From Felis catus (taxonomy: Eukaryota): a stretch of DNA of 64,000 nucleotides. Where the stretch lies: positions 3,908,001-3,972,000 of the forward strand of contig NC_058369.1 in the NCBI RefSeq assembly GCF_018350175.1. Reading direction: 5' to 3'. The notes under the pieces were generated by a model that saw nothing but the letters and a program-made list of their open reading frames with translations, was not told the origin of the DNA and ran no database searches. Both the position numbers and the translations under genes were made by a program. This document shows, piece after piece, positions 24,461 to 36,260 of this stretch. Numbering within the stretch: position 1 is the stretch's first letter; every line of letters begins with the position of its first letter.

Positions 24461-26555
24461 CTGTCCCGGAAGGAGCGCGGTGGCCGCTTGCAGGGAAGGA
24501 GTGGGGAGGGGGAGACACTGTCTCCACCGCGCATTCTTCTATATGCCCTCAACTGTGTGTCCCACGTGCACGGGTTCTCTGTCCAGAAAAATAAATGAAA
24601 AATGAGAGACGTTTCAAAGCGGCCGTGCTTCATTGGTCTTCCTGCTGGTGGCGCCCAGAGGGTCTGGTCCCCCCACCCCCCCCCCCACCCCGCCGTCGCC
24701 TCTCTGGATATCACAACAGCCCCAGACATTTTTGCCAAGCGAATGGACAAGGAATGGGACCTTGTGGTTTTAATCTGCGTCTCCTGGGCAAGAGATGGGG
24801 AATCTTTAAAGACGGATAAACGCTTGCCTGCTCATCGGCCGGGAGCCCCCAGACTCTCAAACGGTAGCAGCCGTCTGGGTCACCCAAGCATCCCACGTGG
24901 GGCCATGCAAACAGTCGGAGCCCAATAAATGTGTGTTGAGCGGAGGAAGGACTAAGGGAAACCGGGCCCAAGGCCACGCTGCATCACAAGGCGATGACGG
25001 TGGGCACTGAATGCCAAGCCAAGCATCCCCGAGGCAGTGCCCCCGATGGGACCAGTGCTGGCTGGGGGCCTGCGCTCAACGGTGGGGAGTATGGGCGGGG
25101 CGGGGGGGGGGGGTCCCACAGCCACGGGGGGTGGGGGAAACCGTGGGCTCCAGGCCGGGAGAGGGATTATACATTCATCAGAATCTTAAACAAAAGCCCC
25201 GCGGCCGCCTGTCAGCTAGGCTCTGGCTTTTATGGTAATCGGCGATGAATTACCCACAATGCCCGGCCAAGCGCAAGTGGTTCTTGGCCCAGATCCTAAA
25301 CTAATTTTTATATGTTCGTGTGTATATAATTTCGCTTGCTCCCTCCCAATCCTCGCCCATCATTAGCGGGAGCGTGGGGGGGGGAGGGGCGGGGGCAGGG
25401 GCAGAGGAAACCCTGGGTGTAAAAGGGAGGAGGGTGCTCACCGAGACCCCCGTCCCTCGAGCCCGCCTGGCACCAGGCCCCGGGTGCGCGGAGGCGGGAG
25501 GTGAGTGCCAAGCTGGAGCCCGGGGGAGCCTGGAAACCACCAAGAACTTGAAGCTGGCAGCCCTGGGGGTGGGAAACGCAGAGGGAGAAGGGAGAGGAGC
25601 AAGACAGGAGGGCGCGTGGGCCCGCAAGTGGGGTCCGTGCCCGTGGGCAAGCGCCTCAACCTCTCTGGGCCGCAAACCCAGCCCCCTCCAGCAAATTCCA
25701 ACACTTTTGACCCGCGAGCCCCCCTGGAGCTTGGTGCTGACAGCACTCCAACCTCAGCCCTACCCGCCTCCTCCAGGAAGCCCGCTCCAACGCCTCCGCC
25801 TCCGGGAAGCAGCGGCCCCTTGGCCTTCTGGGAACTTTGGCGGGGGTAGCACAGGGGCCCCCACGCCTGCCCCCGCTGTCCTTGAGGAATCAGCTTGATC
25901 CCGGCTCAACCCCCACCCTGCAGCCCCTGCTTCCCTCCACCCTCCTCTCCATCTGGTCCCGCCCCCGTCACCGCTCACCTGGACAAAGGCAGTCTCACTC
26001 CTCCTTGCCCCCCTCTGACCTTCACCCCCACCTCCGTCCCCCCCCCAGCCGCGGCCACCAGAGGGCGCCCGTGAGCCCGAGTCCCGTCTGCCCTCCTCTG
26101 CCCGCGGCGTTTCCAGGGTAAAAGGCCAAATGGGCCAGGTGGTCCACAAGGCCCTGTACGACCTGCCCCCTGCCCCGTCTCCCCCCTGCCCTCCCACCTC
26201 CCTCTCTCTCCCCTGAGCTCATTCTGCTCCATCCACACGAGCACCCCCCCCCCCGCTCCCTCCCATGAACAGGCCTGGTCCCGTCCCAGGGCCTTTGCAA
26301 AGGCTGTTCCCCCTAACCAGGAACACTTGTCCCCCAGAACCCCACACTGCTCACTCCCTCATCTCCCGCTGGTTGTACTGAAACGTCACCTCTTCAGGGA
26401 GGCCTGCCTTGATTGCACCGTTAAAATAACCCCTACTCATCATCTGCCTGCCCCCCCGTGGCTTTATTTGTCTTCCAAGCAAGGCATTCAGCAGGAACCT
26501 AGTTAAAAACTTTGTTTCTCGTCCTTCTCCCCGAGATTCTCCACGAGAGCAGGAC

Positions 26556-26730
26556 TTTTTTCTTTTTTTTAATATTTACTTATTTGTAAGAGAGACAGAG
26601 AGAGGGAGACGGAGAGTCCCAAGCAGGCCCTGCGCAGGCAGCACAGAGCCCGAGGCGGGGCTCGAACTCCTGAGTGGCGAGCTCGTGCGTGACCCAAGAG
26701 CGGAAGCCAAGAGTCAGACGCTCAACCCCG
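26556..26730 (-). mobile_element. Can-SINE (partial, diverged)
   Basis: T tail, GA tract, cagagcccgaggcggggctcgaact. Confidence 0.8.
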
Positions 26731-27286
26731 GCTTTTAACTCGTCTGCTGCCCTCCGTTCCCAGCGCGTGGATTGGGGCCCAGCACGCAGACCGTGTTCAA
26801 CAAATGCCCACCGGTGAATTTCCCCGAGAGACACTCCTGTTGCGCTCAACACTCCAAAGCCCTTCTCGGGGCGCGGGAGAAAAGTCGCAAGCCCCACGCC
26901 GTCCCCGAGGCACAAGTGTCTCCGCGGGGGCAGCCAAGGGAAGCGGACACCCGTTCCGTCCCGCCAGGCTGTGCCGGGGGAGGCCGGCGGCTCCGTGCGG
27001 CCGACCGGGAGGGGCCCAGCCAAGGCTACAGGCTGCAGTCCGCACGGAACCTCAGAGTCGCGCCCGACGCCCGCGTGGGACCAGGCTCGGGCCGTGGCAA
27101 CGGGGCAGTGGTGGACGGGTCTCTGTCTGCGCCGGTGGCAAAGCACGCGGCCCGGAAGGAGGAGGCACCGGTCACCGGTTGGCGAAGGCGCGCAGCGTGG
27201 GGCCGTGGGCGTGGGGTGCGTGCAAAGCGGGGAGGAGAACCGGGGGCCCGTATCTGCCGCCCGAACAGTAGGGACAGCGCTGGCGG

Positions 27287-27468
27287 GGGGCGCCTGGGCG
27301 GCTCGGTCGGCTAAGCGTCCGACGTCAGCTCGGGTCATGATCGCTCGGCTCGCGAGTTCGAGCCCCGCGTCGGGCTGGCTGCATCGGCACGGAGCCTGCC
27401 CGGGATTCTCTCTCTCCCCGCCTCTCCCCTGCTCGTTCTCGCTCTCTCTCAAAACAAACAAACTTAAA
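27287..27468 (+). mobile_element. Can-SINE with many A/T to G/C substitutions
   Basis: ggggcgcctgggcggctcggtcggctaag head, B box, (CT)n, tail. Confidence 0.88.
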
Positions 27469-28458
27469 GACAAGCAACAGTACTTGCTAACGTCTGAGAC
27501 CCCACGCCGTGTGCCAGGCGTCGCTCGAAATGGTTCGCACGCTAACGCCGCGCCTAATTCTCTCCGTGTGGCAGAGGAGGGAACGGAGTCACGGGGGCGT
27601 CAGGCCACCCGCTCAAGGTCACAGGCTGGAGGTGGCGGAGGGGGGTCTGGGGTGAGAAAGGCCGCCAGCGGCCAAGCCTAACACCCGGTACACAGTAGGT
27701 GCCCCATAAGTGTCACGAAGACGCCCGAGGACGAAGCAGACCGAGGCGGGGCTGTGCCCCGGTGGAGACAGCAGGGGGCACCAAGGAGTCAGTGGGACAA
27801 CCGTGGGGAGAGGGGACCAGGCCTGAGCGATCCGTGCAAACGTGTGGGAAACTGGGCATCGGGGAGCGAGGCGCCTGGCTTGGAGGGGAACAATTGGCTG
27901 CCAATCTCATTTCCTCCGGTGGCAGAGCTGGGCAGGCCTGGCCGGGGCCCACGGCTGGCACGGGGCCAGGGTCGGCAGGGACCTCCCCACCTGTCACCCA
28001 TGATGTGTTCATCAAGAGCGAGGACAGCGTCATAACCATCCGCGGTGGCCGGCAGGAGGGACGCGAGGGGGCGCCTCGCGGGCGGGGAGGGGAGAGCTGG
28101 CCCAAGGTCAGCGTGGCCCCTGGCAAGCCTGTTCTCTCTCCCCGCCTCGGCTGGACCGATCCACCACTGACCCTGTGGTTTAGGGGGAGCCACGTGGCGG
28201 GAGGTCTGAGACCCTGGGTTTTAACGTGAATTCAAATCCCAGGCTCTGTTCCTCGCAAGCCATTTCCCTTCTGTGAGCCTCAGGTTTTCCCATCTGCGAC
28301 ACGGAGTGGCTGGGACAACCTTCGCAAGCCATGCGCTTTAGGTTCAGAGCAAGGGGAGTCTGACCTGTGGCTCAGTCTCCTCCCGGCTGTGTGGCCTCAG
28401 GCAAGTGGCTTGAGCAACTTGGCTCCGCTTTTTTTTCACCTAAAGAAGAAGACCCCTT

Positions 28459-28673
28459 GGGGCGCCTGGGTGGCTCAGTCGGTTAAGCGTCCGACTTGGG
28501 CTCAGGTCACGATCTTGCGGTATGTGAGTTCGAGCCCCGCGTCGGGCTCTGTGCTGACTGCTCAGAGCCTGGAGCTTGTTTCAGATTCTGTGTCTCCCTC
28601 TCTCTCTGACCCTCCCCCGTTCATGCTCTGTCTCTCTCTGTCGCAAAAATAAATAAACGTTAAAAAAAAAAAA
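28459..28673 (+). mobile_element. Young Can-SINE (SINEC_Fc-like) with perfect TSD
   Basis: Near-consensus full-length copy. TSD aagaagaccccttg at 28446-28459 and 28674-28687. Confidence 0.95.
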
Positions 28674-28687
28674 AAGAAGACCCCTTG

Positions 28688-28790
28688 TTTGAGCACCTGG
28701 ATCAAGCCATGCCTGCAGCTCGGCTATTCTGACATCAGCCTTCTCGGTTACAAGAGCCAATCGGTTCACTGGCTTTCTTAATAATGTGTT
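28688..28790 (+). mobile_element. MLT1-like LTR fragment
   Basis: tttgagcacctggatcaagccatgcctg...gttacaagagccaat. Confidence 0.55.
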
Positions 28791-31700
28791 CGATTTGACT
28801 TTCTCCTTTCAGGCTGCAGGCTCGCCGTCCACCTGATAACGGAGCCTCATCAGTTCTGAGGCTGAGCCGAGGCGGAGAGAGAAACCCTGAAGGTTATCCC
28901 CACTCAGCAGAACTTCTTGTAGGACTTCAGAAAGACCCAGACCTCTGGGCCTCCGGCCTTTCAGAATGCAGTCACCCCAAAGTGACGCCCACATGGCATC
29001 ATCCAGATCAGGGACAGAGGGCGGCGCCTGTTTACTGAGCACCTATCACGTGCCCGCTGGCTTGAATGCCTAGCATGGACCCATTAACCTGACATCTACC
29101 GTGACCTCTTGAGTGAGCGCCTGCTGTGGCCAGGCCCAGCGCCAGGCACGGGGGGATGCTGTTCCGTAAGGGGGAAGCGTCAGTGAAACGTAAGACTCAG
29201 GTCCCGAGCCCGGCTCTTCTGAATCGCCTTCCCCCCTGGACTTGTCCAGCTGGGGGTTCGCACACAGCGCCGGTCTCTGCTTCCAAGCCCCATGGCCTCG
29301 CATCTTCCACGGGATGACCGCCGTGGGGTTTGACCTCTGAGCGGCCGACACCCCTCCCTTGGCGGGCTCCTACCCACCCTCGCGGGGCCCGAACCCTGGG
29401 CTCTGTCGACCGACCCTCGGGGGGCTGCGGGGGTCAAGGCAGGAAGAGCCCCTCGGCCTGAAACTGCCCGGCACACGGAGCAGGCACGCAACAAATATCC
29501 CTGGTGGGAACGAACAGCGGAGTCCGATTCCACGGGAAAGGAGAATTCAGAGAGGGCAGGCGACAGCCGCAAGGTCACACAGCTGAGTAGGCGGTGAGGG
29601 CAGACTTTGAGTCCAGGCCCGACAGAGGGCGTTCACGCAGCTGACAGCACTTACCGAGTATTTTCCCACAACCGGACGGGGCAGGGACCCCGGCCGGCGT
29701 CTCAGGTAAGAGAACTCAGACGCACACAAGCCTTTAAATGCGTGTGGCCGATCTATAAATTAGCACAAGGCGATGGCTGCCAAGGGCTCTGGAACCTGCT
29801 GCACCCCAGCCGGGCCCGGCAGAGTCGGCCGGGAAGGCCAGCCGGCCACCAGGCGACACCTAGCTGTGTGACGCCGGGCAGATGCCCCGACCTCTCTGGG
29901 TCTCAGCGCTCCCACCCGTCGAATGGCTAGAAGCGTCGCTCCCAGAGCTGTCGTAACAATGAAACCCACGAAGCCTGCCTTCAGACTCTGTCCCAAATTT
30001 GCCTACTTGTCCCCGCTCCTCCGTCTCCGCCTGGTCCAGCAGCCGGACCCTCCCGCCTGAGCCACCTCAGACGTCACCCCTCCCAGCCCGCCCTCCCGGC
30101 GGCCGCCTCCAGAGGGCGCCCGTGAGAAGCGGAGTCAGGTTCCCCCCCCACCGTCCTCCGCCCACAGCCCTCCAGGACTCCCATCTCTCTGGGGGCAAAA
30201 ACCCAAGTGTTCCCTGAGGTCCCCAAGGCCCTGTCCCCTCCCTGCTCTCCCCAGAGCTCACTCTGCTCCAGCCGCACAGGCCCCCTGGCTGTTCCTCCAA
30301 TACACCAGGCCTGGTCCTGCCTGCCCCAGGGCCTTTGCACAGACTGTGCCCTCTGCCAGACCGTTCTCCCCCCCACAGAGCAACTTGGTTCCCTCCCTCA
30401 CCTCCATCAGGGCTTTTTCACACTGTCCCCTCTTCAGTGAAGCTGTCCCCACAACCCCATTTAAAATGACAACCCTCATCCCTCACTCCCAAATCCCCTT
30501 TTCTCCTTGCTTTCTCTCATCACCACCTAACACGACGAGTATTTTATTTGGCTCCTAGCGTCTTCCCGATCGGACCGTGAGTCCCACCCAGGCAGGTGCT
30601 TCCTCCCCTGCTGGGTCCCGAAGAGAACCCAGCGGCCGGTAGGTGTCCCAGAAACTCGGCCAGGTGACCGGAGGACAGAGGTGTGAGGGAGGCAGCGGCC
30701 GCCGCTGAACCAGCCGCCGAGCCTCCAGCGGAAGCTTCCACGCCTCCTCGCGGGCGGGGGCCCTTCCTGTCCCCGTGCGGGAGCCATCCCCGGACTCTGC
30801 CCCCTGCCCTTTCCTGAGCCGGCAGCCCGACACCTGCTGAACAGGGCAGGAAGCAGAGGCGGCCCCCACGGTGCCTGCGGCCCGGGCCGGGCACGTCCCT
30901 CCGGGCGTCATAATCCCTGCCCGGTGGGAGGCAGGGCCCGGAGGCTGAGCCAGGGCCTGGAAGCCAAACACACCGACAGACAGACTGGAGGAGCGTCTAC
31001 CTCCCTCATCCCGTTCCCAGGCACAGCCAGCACTTGGAAGGCGCCCGACATTCAGCGGAAAGACGTACTATCAAAAGCGCGAGATGGCCCTCACTCTGAG
31101 CCCGGCCCTGCCCTAGGGTTTCTCCGTTGCTAACTCACCGGACCCCCCCCCCCTCCAGGGACCCAGGGAGGGGAGGGTCTCCACTACCCCTATTTTGCAG
31201 AGGAGGACACTGAGGCTGGGAGAAGCGAAGTCACAGCAAGAAAGCAGCAGCTGGGCCTCAAAGCCAGGCCATCTGGTCCTCGAGTCCGGTTCCTAACCAC
31301 GGTCTACGCGGTCTCAGTCGATGACGAGAGTAAACATGGCAGGAAGAGGTCCGTGACGTCTCCGGAGCATTGGCTGTGTACTCGGCCGGGAGATGAGGGG
31401 AAACCGCGGGGGAGGCGCCTCTCCCAGCTGCCTCCTGACAGACGAGCCAGCGGGATGGGCCCATTTAAAGGATGAGGACAACTGAGTCCCTGAGGGGGGA
31501 GGTGATTTCCCCAAGGTTCCCGGGAGTGGCAGGTACAGAGCTCGTGCCACATTGACACCACACCCTCCCCTCCGCGGGGTGGCGGGCGTCATTTCAGAGG
31601 GGCTGAATACCACGAGGTTGGCTCACATCTCGAGAACACCCACCGTGGGCCGGGCCCCGAGGGGACACCCGCAGGCATCTTGTTTCCACGTGGATAGACT

Positions 31701-34700
31701 GAGGCACAGAGAGATTTGGCCTCTGCCTAAGTCCTTACCGTGACGCCCCCATTCCACAGGCGGGTAAAACCAAGGCCCCGAAAGGTCCCACCCTGTGACC
31801 AAACCCCGATAGGTCCCCTTTCCAAAAACACACACGCACACACACATACGCTTCAAGGGAGTGTCCCCAGGGCCACGCAGCACACAGCCCATAGGACGGG
31901 TGTCAGGGATGGGACAGCGGCCCTGTGGATGGCTGGGCATCCTCAGGCATAAAAGGGAGGAAAAACACCGAGCACCAACATATTTTTAAAAATCCCACAG
32001 CAATAAGGAGGCCGGCCCGTCAGCACGGCGTCACCACCGTGGGCAGGCAGAGGAACCGAGGACGCGGCTATTTTAAAGGGGCTATTTCTGGAGGCGAGGT
32101 GAGAACGCGGGGGCGGGGGCGGGAGGAAGGATCAGGAGCTCCGCTGGGACCAACTTGCCAGTGAACCCGCCGACTCTGGGGGGCGGAGATGACAGGGGAG
32201 AGCTTGGGCCACGGCCATCGGCCTCCTGGGGAAGCCTCAGGCCTGCCTCTCTCGCCCCCCCGGGAAGAGAGACCTGTTTACGCAACACCCGTGCGCTGAG
32301 CCCTACTGTGTGCTCACTGGCTGCTGTGGCCACCAGGGAGGAGACGCCTCCCCCGAGGAGCCCCGGCCAGAGCGGGAGGCAGATGATAAGATACATACGG
32401 CAAGGAGCTCCCGTCAAAGCAGAGGGGGTCACGGGGGGAGATGGGCGGCAGAGGACAGGCCACGCTTTGCAAATGATAATTTTACCGACCGCCGTGCAGA
32501 TAATAACGGGGAGGGCACGGAAGCCTCACTTAACAGGGAGCGGAGACCTGAAGGATAGAGAAAAGAGCACTGTGTCTGGAGGCTCACATGCTACCCCTAT
32601 TAGGACCAAGCCGGGCTGCGGGAGAGGCGTGCTTTCTCTCCTATATAAAAGGAAGCTCCCAGGGTGGCCTTTAAAGGCCAGGGGGCCCACCTCACGATGT
32701 TTGGGACCCAGGATCCTTCATCGGTTTGTTTCTCCGTTCTCATCCATGATACCTGCCTCCTGGGCCAAAATAGCTGCCTGGATGCCTACCATCACCTCTA
32801 TATTCCAGCTGGTGGGGGGTTAGGGAGGAAGAAGGGAGCATGTGCTACGCCCTTCGATGGCATTTCCAGGAAATTCCATTCATTTATCCCACCGGACAGA
32901 TCCGAATCACGTAGCGCAGACCAGCTGCAAGGTGTGCTGGGAAGGGATTTGTTTGCTTTTTTCCCACCAGGTGGCCATGTGCCCAGATAAGTCATAGAGG
33001 AGTTCAACTGCCAAGGAGGGGAGGAGAAGGGATATGGAGAGACCCCACGACGAACGTGTGTGGCCCGAGGGGGTCAGCTCTCAGGTTTCCAACCGGTGCA
33101 TCAGAATTCAGCCCCGGGGGAAGAAGAGGGAGGTCCCAGGGCCAGCCGGCTGCCTCCACGGCCTCCAAGCCGGGATGATTTTCACTCACCCCTGGGTCTG
33201 CCTCCCCAAAGACTCCAAGGTGGGCAACAGCGGCCAGAGCCCAAGTTCAGATCCTTCACTTCACAGCCCCCCAAAGGCAGGACCCCAACCCACGGTCTGT
33301 GCTCCCTGAACGCCAGGGCCCGAGGCACCTGCCGTCCGCCATCGTGGCTCTTGCCTGCCCGGGGAGGCCGCTGGGCCAACCCATCTCCTTCTCCCCAGTA
33401 AACAACTGTCAGGGAAAATAAATAGTTTGTAATAGGCTCATTAATTGAATTCAGGGAGAAGGAACCTTCTCCCCAGGCCGCTGGGAAAGAAAACCCTGGA
33501 TGCCACGGGGAAGTCCAAGCATCTTGGTCGGAAGGAAGGTGGGAGGGGACCCAGGCGCCCCGCACGGCCGGGGGGGACCCCCCCCCCCAACACACACAGG
33601 TCCACCGCCTTCGGTAACACTGACACAACCAGCAAGGGGGCCGCTCCGTCCCGGGCTCCCTCCAGCCCGCCGAGGGGTGAAGTCTCCGGTGGGTGCTAAC
33701 GCGGCTTTAACGCCTCAGTAACCCTTGGCCTCTGCTCTAAGCCTGCAGCAGCAACAAGATAATTTAACGTCGGGGGTTTTTTCTTGCTTTGTTTTTTTGG
33801 CTTTTTTTGTTTTGTTTTGTTTTGTTTTACTCTCACATTTATTTTTAAGGTTTCACCTACTTATGTCAAGGACGTATCAGGTTCCCGTTCACGAGAGTAA
33901 GACATAGTTTTCTCTTTTAAGCTTTAAAAAGAGAGAGGTTTAAAAAAAACTATCAGGTCGTCAGGAGGACCAGGCAGCCGCAGCGAGAGGTACATATTAC
34001 GACGGTGGGTGGCTGAAATTTGGGGGGTGCCGGGCAGAGCACTGGCCAGGGAGTCCAGGGGCCTCGTGCAAGGTCAGGACTGACCCCCCCAAGGCCTCCG
34101 AGGCCCATGGCCACGCTGGCGCGATGGGTTTCCCCACTGCGGCTCAGGGGGGTCCTGGGGTAGCCTCGTGCCCCCATCAGTCGCAGGGTCAGCATGACAG
34201 GTGCTTTCGTCCGCCCCGGGCTGGCCACCGGCTCTGGGCCCTGCGGCGGGGAGGCTCCAGACATGACTTGACATCCTTGGGAGAAGCCAGACGCGGACCC
34301 AAGCGCTTGCCAGCAGCCCCAAAGCTTTTGTTCCCCAAAGTTCTGTGTGCAGGTCCCCCGATTTGCTGCCACAAGCCATTAATCATCACCATATGGTTCC
34401 GGACGATGCCGGGAGCCGCTTCCCCGGGGGGCCCTACACGCACCAGCACGTTCCAGACACGCTCAGCAGGGACCCTTCCAACCTCCCAAGAGACCGTCTC
34501 ACTCTCCCATCTTATGGACGAGGAACAGAAAGCCCAGCCCAGGGACATGCTGCTCACGGGGCCAAGCCAAGACCCGAATGCAGGTTCTAAAACGCCAAAC
34601 ACGGTCCCCCAACGAAAGCTCGGCCTGTTCCAGGGGGCTCCGGGGCAACTTCTCTGCCCGTCTGGCCACACACGCAGAGTCTCAAAGGCACATCAGGGCT

Positions 34701-36114
34701 GGCCGAGTCTTAAAATCACCTGGCCCCGCTACAAGGCACTTTGGGGGATCCCTGGCCTTTGGGCTTCTTACCTTCTCCCCAGGAAGGTAAGATAAGAAAC
34801 CTCACAGACTGTTTCGGGGCCCCCTGGCCCCCTGACACCGATCCTCAGGACCCCTGGATCTCAACAGCCGCCCATGGCTGCTTCGGGGCCAGACATCTCA
34901 GACACGTAGAGACTCAGAGAGGGCAAGCAACTGGAGGAAGTCACACAGCACCCGCCCTGGGGACCTGCTCTCCTGGCCTCCCTGCCCGGGGAGCTGCTGA
35001 CGCAGGGCCCTCCCCCACCACGACCTGCGCGATCTGGGCCACGGGACACGCCGACACGAGTGGGAGACGGCAGTGGCTCCCGAAAGCCAGGCGGGCTGGT
35101 CCAAGGAGAGCCCTGGTAGAGCGCCCGTTCCGGAAGGGGCAGACAGACAGCATAAAACGACAACCGAAGCAAACGTGAGGGCGCTGGGGACACCGGCAGG
35201 AGACTTAAACCGAGGGCAGACCTTCCTGGTCTGCACAGGAGTGACGCCCCTGCTTGCCTGCGGCCCGACAGGCAGCCCCCACCCAGAAGAGGCTCCACTC
35301 CTTCCGGTGTCTCATCCCACCCCGTGCCTCAGTTTCCCCATCTGCAAGATGGGGCGACAGCTGCTACCTTCTAGGGCCACTCTCAGGATGCAAGGAGCAA
35401 ATAGCAAAGCCGGAGAGAGGCCAGGTGCAGGGCGCGGGCTGCACGGGGGCGTTCAACGCCTGTTGGGGCAGTTTCCTTTCTGCTGTGGTTTTCTGGGAAG
35501 TCGCAGGTTGGGGGCTGTGTGCTCACCTGCCCTGATTCCTCGTGAAGTCGCGGGGCGGGAGGGCACAGCCGCACAGCCCCTATGGGTGCAACCTGGGTCC
35601 CCGCTGCGATGTTAACACGACACCATTTAATCCCCGTGATACAGCAGGGCAAGACGCACCCCCATCTTATGGATGAGAAAGTCAAGGCTCAGGGTGCAGG
35701 GAGTCACGGGTCGCCTCAGCCAGCTGGGAGGGACTGCGTGACGATTCCAACTCAAGAGTGTTCAGGCCTCCAGAAGCCGTTCCCGGTGAGGGCAGAGTCC
35801 AGGCTCCCAGGGCCAGGTGGAACAGCAGAAAAGAGGCCTGGACGGGGCGCCCCTCCGTGTGCCGGAGCCAGGAACCCCCGCCAGCCACGCTTTCCAGAAT
35901 CCATACGTCAGGGGCAATTACCCGCTTCTGAAAATCAATTGGGCAAGTGGGGCCGGGACAGGTGTGCGGCGGGGCCCCATCAGCAGTCCCAGCACGATGG
36001 TGTGAGCGTAGGAGGCTGGCGGTCACGGGCACGCCAACGGCCGTCCTGCCTCATTTCCCCCGCCGCCACAGGTCTTGGGCATGAATCACGGTTTCCGAAC
36101 CTCAGCGCTATTGA

Positions 36115-36260
36115 CAGCTAGGGCCAGATCATTCAGGGGGGCGTCTGGACCCTGTTTGGGGGGGGGGGAGCCGAGCGGCATCCCTGGCCCCACGCACTCA
36201 GTGCCAGGAGCCCCCCACCCCCAGTGCTGACGATCACAGATGTCCCCAGACACGGCCCGG
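36115..36260. mobile_element. MER20-like DNA transposon remnant
   Basis: agcggcatccctggccccac...gtgccaggagc...cagatgtccccagaca. Confidence 0.6.

Noticed and set aside
28459..28540. tRNA-like A/B boxes
   Set aside because: This is the head of a tRNA-derived Can-SINE, not a tRNA gene.
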